NCBI GenBank assembly: GCA_964594865.1
Contig: CAZQMZ010000001.1
Coordinates: 82,982-146,981 of the forward strand
DNA from: an uncultured Lachnospiraceae bacterium
GTDB lineage: Bacteria > Bacillota > Clostridia > Christensenellales > UBA1242
Direction: 5' to 3'
DNA: 64,000 nt
Shown here: piece after piece, positions 30,678 through 38,701 of the stretch
Position numbering within the stretch: the first letter of the stretch is position 1
Layout of the letters: each line of letters opens with the position of its first letter
Notes under the pieces: model-generated
What the model saw: the letters and a program-made list of their open reading frames with translations, nothing else
Told to the model about the DNA's origin: nothing
Databases searched by the model: none
Program-made: the position numbers and the translations under genes

Positions 30678-30706
30678 TTTACACCAACAAAAAAATATAC
30701 TATAAT
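30678..30706 (+). promoter_or_regulatory. promoter of tRNA-Thr
   Basis: TTTACA (30678-83), 17-nt spacer, TATAAT (30701-06). Confidence 0.6.
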
Positions 30707-30746
30707 TAAAGTGCTTTCAAAGTCAATGGTGTTTTTTGCACCTTGT

Positions 30747-30822
30747 GCTAACGTGGCTCAGTTGGTAGAGCAGATGATTCGTAATCGTCAGGTCGCGGGT
30801 TCGAGTCCCGCCGTTAGCTCCA
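30747..30822 (+). tRNA. tRNA-Thr (anticodon CGT)
   Basis: Hand-folded cloverleaf. Acceptor GCTAACG/CGTTAGC, D arm GCTC..GAGC, anticodon loop TTCGTAA, T arm GCGGG-TTCGAGT-CCCGC, encoded CCA; 76 nt. Confidence 0.9.
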
Positions 30823-30847
30823 AAATGAAAAGAGTTTTGAAAAAAAC

Positions 30848-30870
30848 GACCATGAATGGTCAGTTTTTTT
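30848..30870 (+). terminator. rho-independent terminator after tRNA-Thr
   Basis: GACCA (30848-52) pairs with TGGTC (30857-61), followed by AG and T7. Confidence 0.6.
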
Positions 30871-30910
30871 GTCTTTGCATGTTTTATTGAAAATACATTT
30901 GTAAAAAGAT

Positions 30911-30939
30911 TTGACATAAAGAAAAAATTGTGATAAAAT
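30911..30939 (+). promoter_or_regulatory. promoter of tRNA-Trp
   Basis: TTGACA (30911-16), 17-nt spacer, TGaTAAAAT (-10 at 30934-39). Confidence 0.65.
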
Positions 30940-30956
30940 GCTTATGTTTTTGCTGA

Positions 30957-31030
30957 AGGGGTGTAGTTCATCGGTAGAACAAGAGTCTCCAAAACTCCAG
31001 AGGAGGGTTCGATTCCTTCCACCCCTGCCA
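30957..31030 (+). tRNA. tRNA-Trp (anticodon CCA)
   Basis: Hand-folded cloverleaf. Acceptor AGGGGTG/CACCCCT, D arm GTTC..GAAC, anticodon loop CTCCAAA, T arm GAGGG-TTCGATT-CCTTC, encoded CCA; 74 nt. Confidence 0.9.
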
Positions 31031-31035
31031 TAGAA

Positions 31036-31092
31036 AAAATATACAATATGTAGTATGTTAAAGCGTTTAAAATACTATATATTGTATATTTT
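31036..31092. repeat. 57-bp near-perfect palindrome (long AT-rich hairpin) immediately 3' of tRNA-Trp
   Basis: Arm 31036-31056 (aaaatatacaatatgtagtat) pairs with 31072-31092 (atactatatattgtatatttt): 21 bp with one G.T. An inner TTAAA/TTTAA stem has a GCG loop. Followed by cTTTTTT. Confidence 0.8.
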
Positions 31093-31127
31093 CTTTTTTA
31101 GGAACATTTTAGGAACGAAAAGTCTAA

Positions 31128-31658
31128 AAATTTTGCAGTTTTTCAATCAATCGTATTGGAAATATTGCTTCTGGAGTTTTGGGTTTAGGAATAAATATAG
31201 CAACAGGAAATTTAGGTGCAGCGGTTTCAAGTGGTGTTGGTGCAGTCAGCGGAATTGTAACAAGTATAATTAGTGATAATTTAACAATTGATAACATGAA
31301 AAATGCACCATCATCTATTCAGAATGCAAAAGGGAACGCACTATTAAACGTTATGTCTACCGAAATGGGGTTAATAGTTGAAGAATATTCAATTCTTCCG
31401 AACGAAAAAGAAATTATCAATGATTATATGTGTCAAAACGGTTTCACATACAATAGGTATGACAACATTAAAAATTGCTATAACATACGGAAGTATTACA
31501 ACTATATTGAAGCAGAGTTGGATGCAGTTAGCGGGGTGTCAATGAGTAATGTTGCAAGAACTGACATGAAACAAAGATTCCAAAATGGAATTAGGTTTTG
31601 GAATAGTGATGAAATACAATATAGCTTAGAGAACTACGAAAAATGGCTTGAAGACTAA
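31128..31658 (+). pseudogene. 5'-truncated phage-like structural (tail/minor structural) protein gene remnant
   Basis: Frame is open from a TAA at 31125-27 with no credible start or SD. It has a Gly/Ala/Ser-rich segment, then ...NRYDNIKNCYNIRKYYNYIEAE...FQNGIRFWNSDEI, which resembles C-terminal parts of small-podovirus tail/structural proteins (from memory, unverified). Lies in an AT-rich islet next to a tRNA. Confidence 0.35.
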
Positions 31659-32158
31659 ACAAAATATTGAATCCTATAGTAACTTGTGTTTATTAAATAA
31701 TGACTTCCTGAAGTGTTAATTAGTTCAAATTTATTATCATCTAAAATTTTAACATATAAATAGTTTTTAGTAATTTCAGTTATTGTGGCGATATAATAAC
31801 TGTCAGAATCTTCATATTTATACTGGTAACCAACTGAGTAACCTATAGTTCCATCTAAACTTATATAACCAGTAGTAGTTGTTAAAAAATATACAGTATA
31901 AATATTAGATGCGTTTGAAGAGTTAAAAACTTCTTCTGTAACTTCTTCAGTTTCATATGATATTGTGTATTCTGAGTAAAGAGTTGTGGTGTTTGAATTG
32001 TTTATAGTATAGGTAATACTATAAATAGCGGTAAAGCCTTGTTCTTCATATTCATTTAGTGTTGATGAACTGTTACATCCAACAAACAACAAAGGGCAAA
32101 GCAGAAGCATTCCACAAAGAAAAACCAAGCCTATTCTTTTTAAAACAGCAGTTTTCAT
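31655..32158 (-). CDS. hypothetical lipoprotein (islet-encoded)
   Basis: Signal and lipobox MKTAVLKRIGLVFLCGMLLLCPLLFVGC; Tyr/Thr/Asn-rich mature part; GGAG SD. Confidence 0.6.
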   Translation of the reverse strand: MKTAVLKRIGLVFLCGMLLLCPLLFVGCNSSSTLNEYEEQGFTAIYSITYTINNSNTTTLYSEYTISYETEEVTEEVFNSSNASNIYTVYFLTTTTGYISLDGTIGYSVGYQYKYEDSDSYYIATITEITKNYLYVKILDDNKFELINTSGSHYLINTSYYRIQYFV

Positions 32159-32380
32159 AATTTATCTCCTAACTAATTATAAACCAAATAAAAAAAATTG
32201 TCTATAAAAATAGAGAATTAGATTGAAAATTTTACAAAAATAGCAGTAATTTTCTATATAGAATATATTATACAATATATCAGTTTTCAATTTTTTGTAA
32301 AAAAGTCATTGTTTTTTAACATAAAAAACTTGACAAATGAAGATAAATATAATATGATTTTAGTGGGAGAAAAGATATTT

Positions 32381-32902
32381 ATGAATAAAGAGAAAGGATA
32401 TATTAATGCTATAGATTTAGCAAAGTATATAAATAAAAAATATAAAGAAAAGTTCAAAAGTGATATATCAAGTATAAAACTGCAAAAATCTCTTTATTTT
32501 TTATTTGCATATTGGGGAGGATTTGTTAAAGAACTTCAAACAAAGAAAGGTGAAGGTTTGATTGAAACGGAAGATGCAAATTATAAACAATATCTTTTTG
32601 ATAATAGAATTGAAGCATGGATTTATGGACCTGTTATTACTGATGTTTACCATAAATTTGACTCTGTAAGAAAATACGATAAAGAAGCAGAAAAAAAGAT
32701 TAATGAGTTACCTATAGAAGTCAAATCTTTCATAGATGATTTACTTGATGATATATTTAAAGTAAGTGATTTTAAGTTAGTAGATTTAAGTCATAATGAT
32801 AATTGTTGGAAGAAGAATTTTATAGAAGATGACAAGAAACATAATCGAGAAATTTTAAAAGAAGATATAATAGATGAATATTCTAAACGGAAATTTATTT
32901 AA
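32381..32902 (+). CDS. Panacea/DUF4065 (SocA/GepA-like) domain protein, putative PanA-type antitoxin
   Basis: Motifs ISSIKLQKSLYFLFAYWGGF and RIEAWIYGPVITDVYHKF match the DUF4065 pattern (..KLQKLLY.....G...F...I.AW..GPV....Y..). Start set at ATG 32381 behind GGGAGAAAAG. Confidence 0.7.
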   Translation: MNKEKGYINAIDLAKYINKKYKEKFKSDISSIKLQKSLYFLFAYWGGFVKELQTKKGEGLIETEDANYKQYLFDNRIEAWIYGPVITDVYHKFDSVRKYDKEAEKKINELPIEVKSFIDDLLDDIFKVSDFKLVDLSHNDNCWKKNFIEDDKKHNREILKEDIIDEYSKRKFI

Positions 32903-33446
32903 TAAAGCAACTACAAGCTTTTCTGCTAGGGCAAAAGGGTATGATAAATTAATAAAGGATTTTAATGGTGTGTTAATCGTGCATTATAATTCTAAGGATT
33001 TACCAGAAGAATATTTCACAAATTTTTTATCTGAAACTGGCAATCAAAAGGAAAAAGATTTTTTAAATAAGTTAAGATTGCTTATTAACTCAGATAATAA
33101 TATTTTAGATAAAGGATTTGAAATTGATGAACTTCAGAACTACAAGCCTAAAGCAACGAAAAGATTATTAAATATTATTAATAGTTATGATGATACAAAT
33201 ATAACAAGTATAACTGGGATAATTAAATGTAAGTATAAAAAAGAGACTGGTTGTCAAATATATTTATCATATAATAGTAATGATAATATTTACGAAATTA
33301 TACTTATAGACTTGTTTCATTTAGGCTTACCAGCACCATTTAAAGTTAGAAATACTATGTTACCTGTCAATGAAAGAAAAAACTATGAGAAACATAAAAA
33401 AAATAGATATGATATGTCAAATATATTAAATCCACAACAAAATTAA
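32874..33446 (+). CDS. hypothetical 190-aa protein, candidate cognate toxin/effector of the Panacea-domain gene
   Basis: ATG 32874 overlaps the 3' end of the upstream gene by 29 nt and is followed by a strong terminator. No TM segment and no motif I can assign. Confidence 0.5.
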   Translation: MNILNGNLFNKATTSFSARAKGYDKLIKDFNGVLIVHYNSKDLPEEYFTNFLSETGNQKEKDFLNKLRLLINSDNNILDKGFEIDELQNYKPKATKRLLNIINSYDDTNITSITGIIKCKYKKETGCQIYLSYNSNDNIYEIILIDLFHLGLPAPFKVRNTMLPVNERKNYEKHKKNRYDMSNILNPQQN

Positions 33447-33470
33447 TACCTACAAATGTAGGTATTTTTT
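33446..33470 (+). terminator. rho-independent terminator ending the Panacea-domain gene pair
   Basis: ATACCTAC (33446-53) pairs with GTAGGTAT (33458-65), followed by a T-run to 33470. Confidence 0.8.
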
Positions 33471-33571
33471 ATTAAAAGGAGAAAAGATTAATTTAGAACA
33501 TATAATTACATATTTCACAGTAGCATGATGTTAGCCTAAGTATCAATTTTGTTTAAAAAGGTTTAAATTCC

Positions 33572-33600
33572 TTGACATTTATTTTTAAAAAGAATACAAT
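33572..33600 (+). promoter_or_regulatory. promoter of the MBL-fold hydrolase gene
   Basis: TTGACA (33572-77), 17-nt spacer, TACAAT (33595-600); GAGGTG SD follows. Confidence 0.65.
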
Positions 33601-33619
33601 CGTGACTAGAGGTGAATGA

Positions 33620-34237
33620 ATGCGTTTTGTAAGCAAATTTTATGACAGCAATGTTTTTGTTTTGGAAAAAGGTGAGCAGGTGCTTATTGTTGACACCGCT
33701 GTTGAACCTGATGAAATGGAAAAATATGTTGAAGGCAAGAAAGTCGTTGGAGTGCTTTTGACACACGGGCATTTTGACCATGCTTTATATGTTGATGAGT
33801 ATGCCAAAAAATTTAACACAAAAGTTTTTGCAAGTGAGTTTGCAAAAGAATATCTTTCTGACCACAAGAAAAACTATTCCACAGATTTTGAAGGACTGTT
33901 TTTGGAAATTAAAGATTTTCAAAACTTTGTCTTTCTTTCTGGGGAAGGTGAGTGCAAAATTGGAAACTTTTTGGTGAAGTTCAAACAACTTGGTGGGCAC
34001 AGCAAGAGTGATATGCTTTATGAAATTGACAACGAAATTTTTGTTGGAGACATTTTGCTTGGGCGAGATATGGGCAGAATTGATTTGTATGGTGGAAATA
34101 AAAATGAAATGAAAAAGAGTTTGGAAGTGCTCTTAAATCAAAAATACTCCATAATGCACTCTGGTCATGGCGAAGATAACGACAAACAAACGCAAGACAA
34201 GGTGGCCAAAATTTGGATGAAATTTTTGAGTAGATGA
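33620..34237 (+). CDS. MBL-fold metallo-hydrolase
   Basis: LLTHGHFDHA (HxHxDH) metal-binding motif and later HSGHG; 205 aa. Confidence 0.8.
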   Translation: MRFVSKFYDSNVFVLEKGEQVLIVDTAVEPDEMEKYVEGKKVVGVLLTHGHFDHALYVDEYAKKFNTKVFASEFAKEYLSDHKKNYSTDFEGLFLEIKDFQNFVFLSGEGECKIGNFLVKFKQLGGHSKSDMLYEIDNEIFVGDILLGRDMGRIDLYGGNKNEMKKSLEVLLNQKYSIMHSGHGEDNDKQTQDKVAKIWMKFLSR

Positions 34238-34498
34238 AAAGTGATATTTAATCCATAAAAATTTATAAAAATATTAAAAAATATAAGATTTAAAAAAATA
34301 ATAAAAGGTTAAACCATTTTGAAACTAGCATAATAAAAAAGGAACTACTAACATAAAGTAAGTTCCTTTTTATATTAATTTCAAAAATAATAGACTAAAG
34401 TTGCTTTTTTATTATTTTTTTGTTTTGAATGTAAATTTGTCAAATTTCAATCGTTTTGACGTGTTTTTGTTGATTTTTTTATATTTTTTTGTGAAATT

Positions 34499-35374
34499 TT
34501 ATTGTTTTTTGATTCTTTTGTCTTCTCCGTCCAAATATATCGTGATTGAAGTTTCTCGATCGGCAATACGAGAATATATGCGTTCGTCATAGCGGTCGCG
34601 AAGATCTCCCATGTCCAAATTGCTTGTGATTATGGTTGGAATTTTCTTTGTTTTGCGTTCGTTTATGAGAAGATAGAAAAATTCTCTTGTCACGTTGCGA
34701 TATTGTGGTTCAGCACCAAGGTCATCAATAAAAAGAGCTTCGACATCTGTGTATTTTTTCAAAAGGTCATCATCAAATGTTTTGCTGAAATCTTTGAAGT
34801 CTTGATTGATTTGATATGCGGTTGAGATTTTCACCATCATTCCGCGCTCAATCAAGGCGTTTGCCATACAACGAATGAGATGCGTCTTTCCAACTCCTGT
34901 TGGACCGGCGATATACAGCAAATTTTTCTTAAAATCGCTTGCACACCACTTTTGCATGAGACGATAAACAGGCGCAATATCTCCAGAAGTTTGAAGAGAT
35001 TTTTCAAAACTTTCCAATTTTTCAAAACCGCTTTCCTTCAGAAGAATATTTGAAACTTCTTTCTTTAAACATATGCACATTTCACCATTTATGAATCCCT
35101 CATCTTCACAAATTGAGCAAGAATGCTTTGCTTTTATGTTGTGTTTGAGTTCGTCCAATTTGGCTTTGAGTTGCAACTCTTCTTTTCTGTCCACCTTTTC
35201 GCCATAACTTTCTTTTCTTGCATTTTCAATCATCAGGCGTTTATATTTTTTTTCTGTTTCGGCAAATTGTTCGTTGAAATATAATGGAGCAATCTTTTCT
35301 TCATATTCTTGTTCTGCTTTGCGTTTTCGCTCCATGATGACATTCAATGCTTTTCTTACAGTGTCCTGTTTCAT
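34499..35374 (-). CDS. dnaI: helicase-loader ATPase (DnaI/DnaC-like, IstB-type AAA+)
   Basis: Walker A GPTGVGKTHL, Walker B FIDDLG, Cys-rich N-terminal part (CSICEDEGFINGEMCIC); directly downstream of a DnaD-domain gene, as in the Firmicute dnaB-dnaI arrangement. Confidence 0.7.
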   Translation of the reverse strand: MKQDTVRKALNVIMERKRKAEQEYEEKIAPLYFNEQFAETEKKYKRLMIENARKESYGEKVDRKEELQLKAKLDELKHNIKAKHSCSICEDEGFINGEMCICLKKEVSNILLKESGFEKLESFEKSLQTSGDIAPVYRLMQKWCASDFKKNLLYIAGPTGVGKTHLIRCMANALIERGMMVKISTAYQINQDFKDFSKTFDDDLLKKYTDVEALFIDDLGAEPQYRNVTREFFYLLINERKTKKIPTIITSNLDMGDLRDRYDERIYSRIADRETSITIYLDGEDKRIKKQ

Positions 35375-35400
35375 TTTTACACCTGCTTTTAATTTGATTT

Positions 35401-36849
35401 TTAAACTTCAATTTCGTCGATAGATTGAAAAAGTGCATTCATTTCTTCTTTTGTATAACTTCTGCCTGTGGAAAAATCTGATTTTCTTGACTTTTGACTG
35501 ACAATGTCAAAAGAATTTTTTGCTTCTTCCACCGTTTTGATGTTTTTGTCATGGAAAGATGACAAAATTCCGCCCAAATATTGCATTGGTTGGTCTTTTC
35601 CTAGGGCTAGGGTGCAGGCATATTCAATCACATCGTCCGGCATTGCCCATGTTTCTTTCCAAATTTTATATTTGTCGCGGTCGAATTGGTTGACATTACG
35701 TGACAGCCCAATATTTTCCAAAATTTCTTTAATTTTTTTGTCCACCGAAAGAACTTCGGAAAAATATTCGTCCAAACTTTGCTCGGTCAATATGCCGAGT
35801 TTGTGGAATTTTGAAAGGACTTTGTTCATCCCCTCAAGTGTGCGGACATTTGTCTTGAAGCAATATGTGGAAATTTTGCTCAACATATCTTCTGAAAAGC
35901 CATAATTGAGCCAAGAAAAGATATAGTTGTCCACAACAGGTTCAATGTTTTCATAATATAAACCCAAATTTTTTGTCAGTGTGCGGGCAATTTGATTCAA
36001 TTTTTCTCTGTTTTCATCAAAATTTTTGATTTCTTCAAGAGTGAAAAGCTTTTTGGAGTATAATCTGTCCAATTCTTTGTCAATTGCTTCAAAAACAAAA
36101 TTTTTTGATTTTTTCTTCATCTTTTTTGCAACATAGATGACAACTTCTTCGTCAAAACCTTCTTTGACAACCCATTTTTTATATAATTCATATTCATCCA
36201 TCGAAAAGTTTCGTTTTATGCCCAAAATATTGATGAGTTCACCGATGTTTGAACTGAGTGTGTCCATTTCCAAAATTTTGTCTTTCACTTGTTTTTCTGT
36301 TGTCAAACCTTGACTTATCCAATTTTTTGCAACTGTGATTATGTATGGATAGCCAACATTTTCACCTTTGGTTTTCACACAATAATCAATCGTCAGGAGC
36401 AAAGCTTCCTTTTCCATATGAAGTCTTTCGATGATTTCATAATATTCTCGATATTCATTCGGTGTGATCATGCGACCATGCAAAATTTCTTGTGCCTGAG
36501 CGTTGAAATTGGAATATCTTTTTTCGTTATATTTTTTTGTGTTGGAAAGGACGTCGCTGATTGGCAGATATCTCACTTCAAAAGGGATGACATTCAAGAT
36601 TTGCACCAAACCCTGTTCTTGCCAATATTGAAAATGTTTTTCAATCTTTTCCGTGCTCAAATGAAGCTCTTTGGAAAAATGCTCCAAAGTGTTGTCGGTT
36701 GAGTTGGAATCTTGGCATTTGTATAAACCATAAAGATAAACTTTCACCGCCTCGGCGTCGGCATATGGAAGATAGTTGTTGATGAATATATTGTCCACCG
36801 AAGTGGTGTTGTTTGCAATCATATCGATTGAAAATTTACAAAAAGCCAT
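35401..36849 (-). CDS. DnaD-domain replication initiation/membrane attachment protein (B. subtilis DnaB-like)
   Basis: Repeated DnaB_2/DnaD-type modules (..YPYIITVAKNWISQGLTT.., ..MQYLGGILSSFHDKNIKTVEEA). Start moved to ATG 36849 behind AAGGAG. Confidence 0.65.
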   Translation of the reverse strand: MAFCKFSIDMIANNTTSVDNIFINNYLPYADAEAVKVYLYGLYKCQDSNSTDNTLEHFSKELHLSTEKIEKHFQYWQEQGLVQILNVIPFEVRYLPISDVLSNTKKYNEKRYSNFNAQAQEILHGRMITPNEYREYYEIIERLHMEKEALLLTIDYCVKTKGENVGYPYIITVAKNWISQGLTTEKQVKDKILEMDTLSSNIGELINILGIKRNFSMDEYELYKKWVVKEGFDEEVVIYVAKKMKKKSKNFVFEAIDKELDRLYSKKLFTLEEIKNFDENREKLNQIARTLTKNLGLYYENIEPVVDNYIFSWLNYGFSEDMLSKISTYCFKTNVRTLEGMNKVLSKFHKLGILTEQSLDEYFSEVLSVDKKIKEILENIGLSRNVNQFDRDKYKIWKETWAMPDDVIEYACTLALGKDQPMQYLGGILSSFHDKNIKTVEEAKNSFDIVSQKSRKSDFSTGRSYTKEEMNALFQSIDEIEV

Positions 36850-36991
36850 GTGAACTCCTTTATCTCGAAAATATATTATCACAAATTTCAAATTTTGACA
36901 ACTTTTTTGGCGCGAATGTTTTGATTATGGTGCGAATAGAATATTTTGTCATAAATTTAAAACAGAAACAGATTTTTAAAAGGTTTGAAAT

Positions 36992-38461
36992 ATGAAGAAA
37001 AGTAAAATAATATTATGTTTGTTTTCAATGATTGTCTTTGCCATTCCGTTTTTTCTTTTTGGTTGTTCAACTGACGAAAGCGAAATTTTGAATGAATATG
37101 TCATCACGGCGACATATGACAGTGAAAACCAAAGTTTACAATGCATTCAAGAAGTTTTATATGCCAACAACAGTGACAACACAATCAGTGAAGTTTGCTT
37201 TTTCTTATATCCAAATGCGTTTGCAGAGGGGCAAAAGCCGGTTGCAACTTTTTATAACTCCAAAGTATATCCAAATGGAGAAAGTTTTGGCAATATTGAA
37301 TTTTTTAGCATTCGAATTGACGGTGTTGATGTGGAATATGAAATTGACGAAGATGACGGAAGTATTTTGACTGTTGTGTTGCCAAGTACATTATATCCAA
37401 ATGAAACTGTGACAATTTCAATGGAATATGCTGTGAACTTGGCAAACATTCGACACCGTTTGGGATATGGTGATGACACAGTCAATTTTGGAAATTATTT
37501 CCCTATAGCTTGCGTGTATGAAAACGGTTTTGTTAAAAATCAATTCACTTCAAGCGGAGATCCTTTTTATAGCGATGTTGCAAATTTTGAAGTGACAATT
37601 TCATATCCAAACACTTTCACACTTGCTTCAACGGGGCAACAAAGCACGATGGATGATGGAAGCACAAAAGTGACAGTTTGCACAGCAGAAAATGTCAGAG
37701 ATTTTTGCTTTGTTTTGAGCGAAAAATTTGAAGTGATCACGGCAACTGTTGGAGATGTGGAGATAAGATATTTCTATTATGACGATGAGAACGCGCAAGC
37801 GCATCTTGAAACAGCAGTGAAAGCGTTGGAAACTTTTGGTGAACTTTTTGGAGAATATCCATACACTCAACTCTCTGTGGTCAAAAACGATTTTTGTTTT
37901 GGCGGAATGGAATATCCAAATCTTGTTATGATTGCCGATGATTTGGCAGACGACGGCACGATTGACTATGTGATTGTGCACGAAATTGCTCATCAGTGGT
38001 GGTATGGGATTGTTGGAAACAATGAATATGCTGACGCTTGGATTGATGAGGGTTTGACGGAATATTCTTGTGCACTTTTTTATGAGGCCAATCCAGAATA
38101 TGGATTGGATTATGACACAATCATGCAAAATGCCATGACGTCATATCAAAATTTTGTTAGAATTTTCAAGGGTATATATGGGCAGTTGGACGAAAGCATG
38201 GACAGAAATTTGAGTGAATATGCCACAGAGCCAGAATATGTCAACATCACATACACAAAAGGGATGTTGCTGTTCGACAGTTTGCGAAGCATGATGAGCG
38301 ACAAGAAGTTTTTTGCTTGCCTGAAAAATTATTTCGAAGAATATACATTCAAAAATTCGTCAGCGGAAAAATTGATTGAAAGTTTTTCAAAGACGGCATC
38401 AATAAATTTGGAAACCCTTTTTAAGTCTTGGATTGACGGAAGTGTTTTGATTGGTGCTTGA
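36992..38461 (+). CDS. M1-family zinc metallopeptidase, lipoprotein
   Basis: HEIAHQWWYG...WIDEGLTEY (HEXXH-18-E gluzincin); signal and lipobox FAIPFFLFGC. Confidence 0.85.
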   Translation: MKKSKIILCLFSMIVFAIPFFLFGCSTDESEILNEYVITATYDSENQSLQCIQEVLYANNSDNTISEVCFFLYPNAFAEGQKPVATFYNSKVYPNGESFGNIEFFSIRIDGVDVEYEIDEDDGSILTVVLPSTLYPNETVTISMEYAVNLANIRHRLGYGDDTVNFGNYFPIACVYENGFVKNQFTSSGDPFYSDVANFEVTISYPNTFTLASTGQQSTMDDGSTKVTVCTAENVRDFCFVLSEKFEVITATVGDVEIRYFYYDDENAQAHLETAVKALETFGELFGEYPYTQLSVVKNDFCFGGMEYPNLVMIADDLADDGTIDYVIVHEIAHQWWYGIVGNNEYADAWIDEGLTEYSCALFYEANPEYGLDYDTIMQNAMTSYQNFVRIFKGIYGQLDESMDRNLSEYATEPEYVNITYTKGMLLFDSLRSMMSDKKFFACLKNYFEEYTFKNSSAEKLIESFSKTASINLETLFKSWIDGSVLIGA

Positions 38462-38471
38462 TTGCTTGGAC

Positions 38472-38500
38472 TTGACAAAATTGTTTTGGTGTGATATAAT
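38472..38500 (+). promoter_or_regulatory. consensus SigA-type promoter of a small-protein gene
   Basis: TTGACA (38472-77), 17-nt spacer, TGaTATAAT (-10 at 38495-500). Confidence 0.7.
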
Positions 38501-38522
38501 GAAAAAAGGTACGGAGGAAACT

Positions 38523-38669
38523 ATGGAAAAGACGAATGAAAAACTTTCGCAAGAAAACAGCAAAATTTCAAGAACAACATGCTATAAGGTTTATGAAGAA
38601 CATAGAAAAGAACAATCAAAGAATGAAGAATTTTTGAAAGTTCGCAAAGATTTTTGCAGAGAAAAATAA
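38523..38669 (+). CDS. hypothetical 48-aa Lys/Glu-rich small protein
   Basis: ATG 38523 behind GGAGG, with its own consensus promoter and terminator. The ORF-track start at 38451 would overlap the peptidase gene and precede the promoter. Confidence 0.45.
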   Translation: MEKTNEKLSQENSKISRTTCYKVYEEHRKEQSKNEEFLKVRKDFCREK

Positions 38670-38697
38670 AACGCATAAATGCGTTTTATTTTTTTTT
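38668..38697. terminator. bidirectional rho-independent terminator
   Basis: AAACGCAT (38668-76) pairs with ATGCGTTT (38679-86), then a T-rich run; also serves the convergent glycosyltransferase gene. Confidence 0.8.
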
Positions 38698-38701
38698 GAT
38701 T

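Noticed and set aside
31031-33571. Direct repeat of the tRNA-Trp 3' end (att-like) at the distal edge of the islet.
   Set aside because: Only a 7-nt match (attcctt near 33567) was seen, which is not significant in AT-rich DNA. Islet boundaries are therefore inferred from composition and gene content only.
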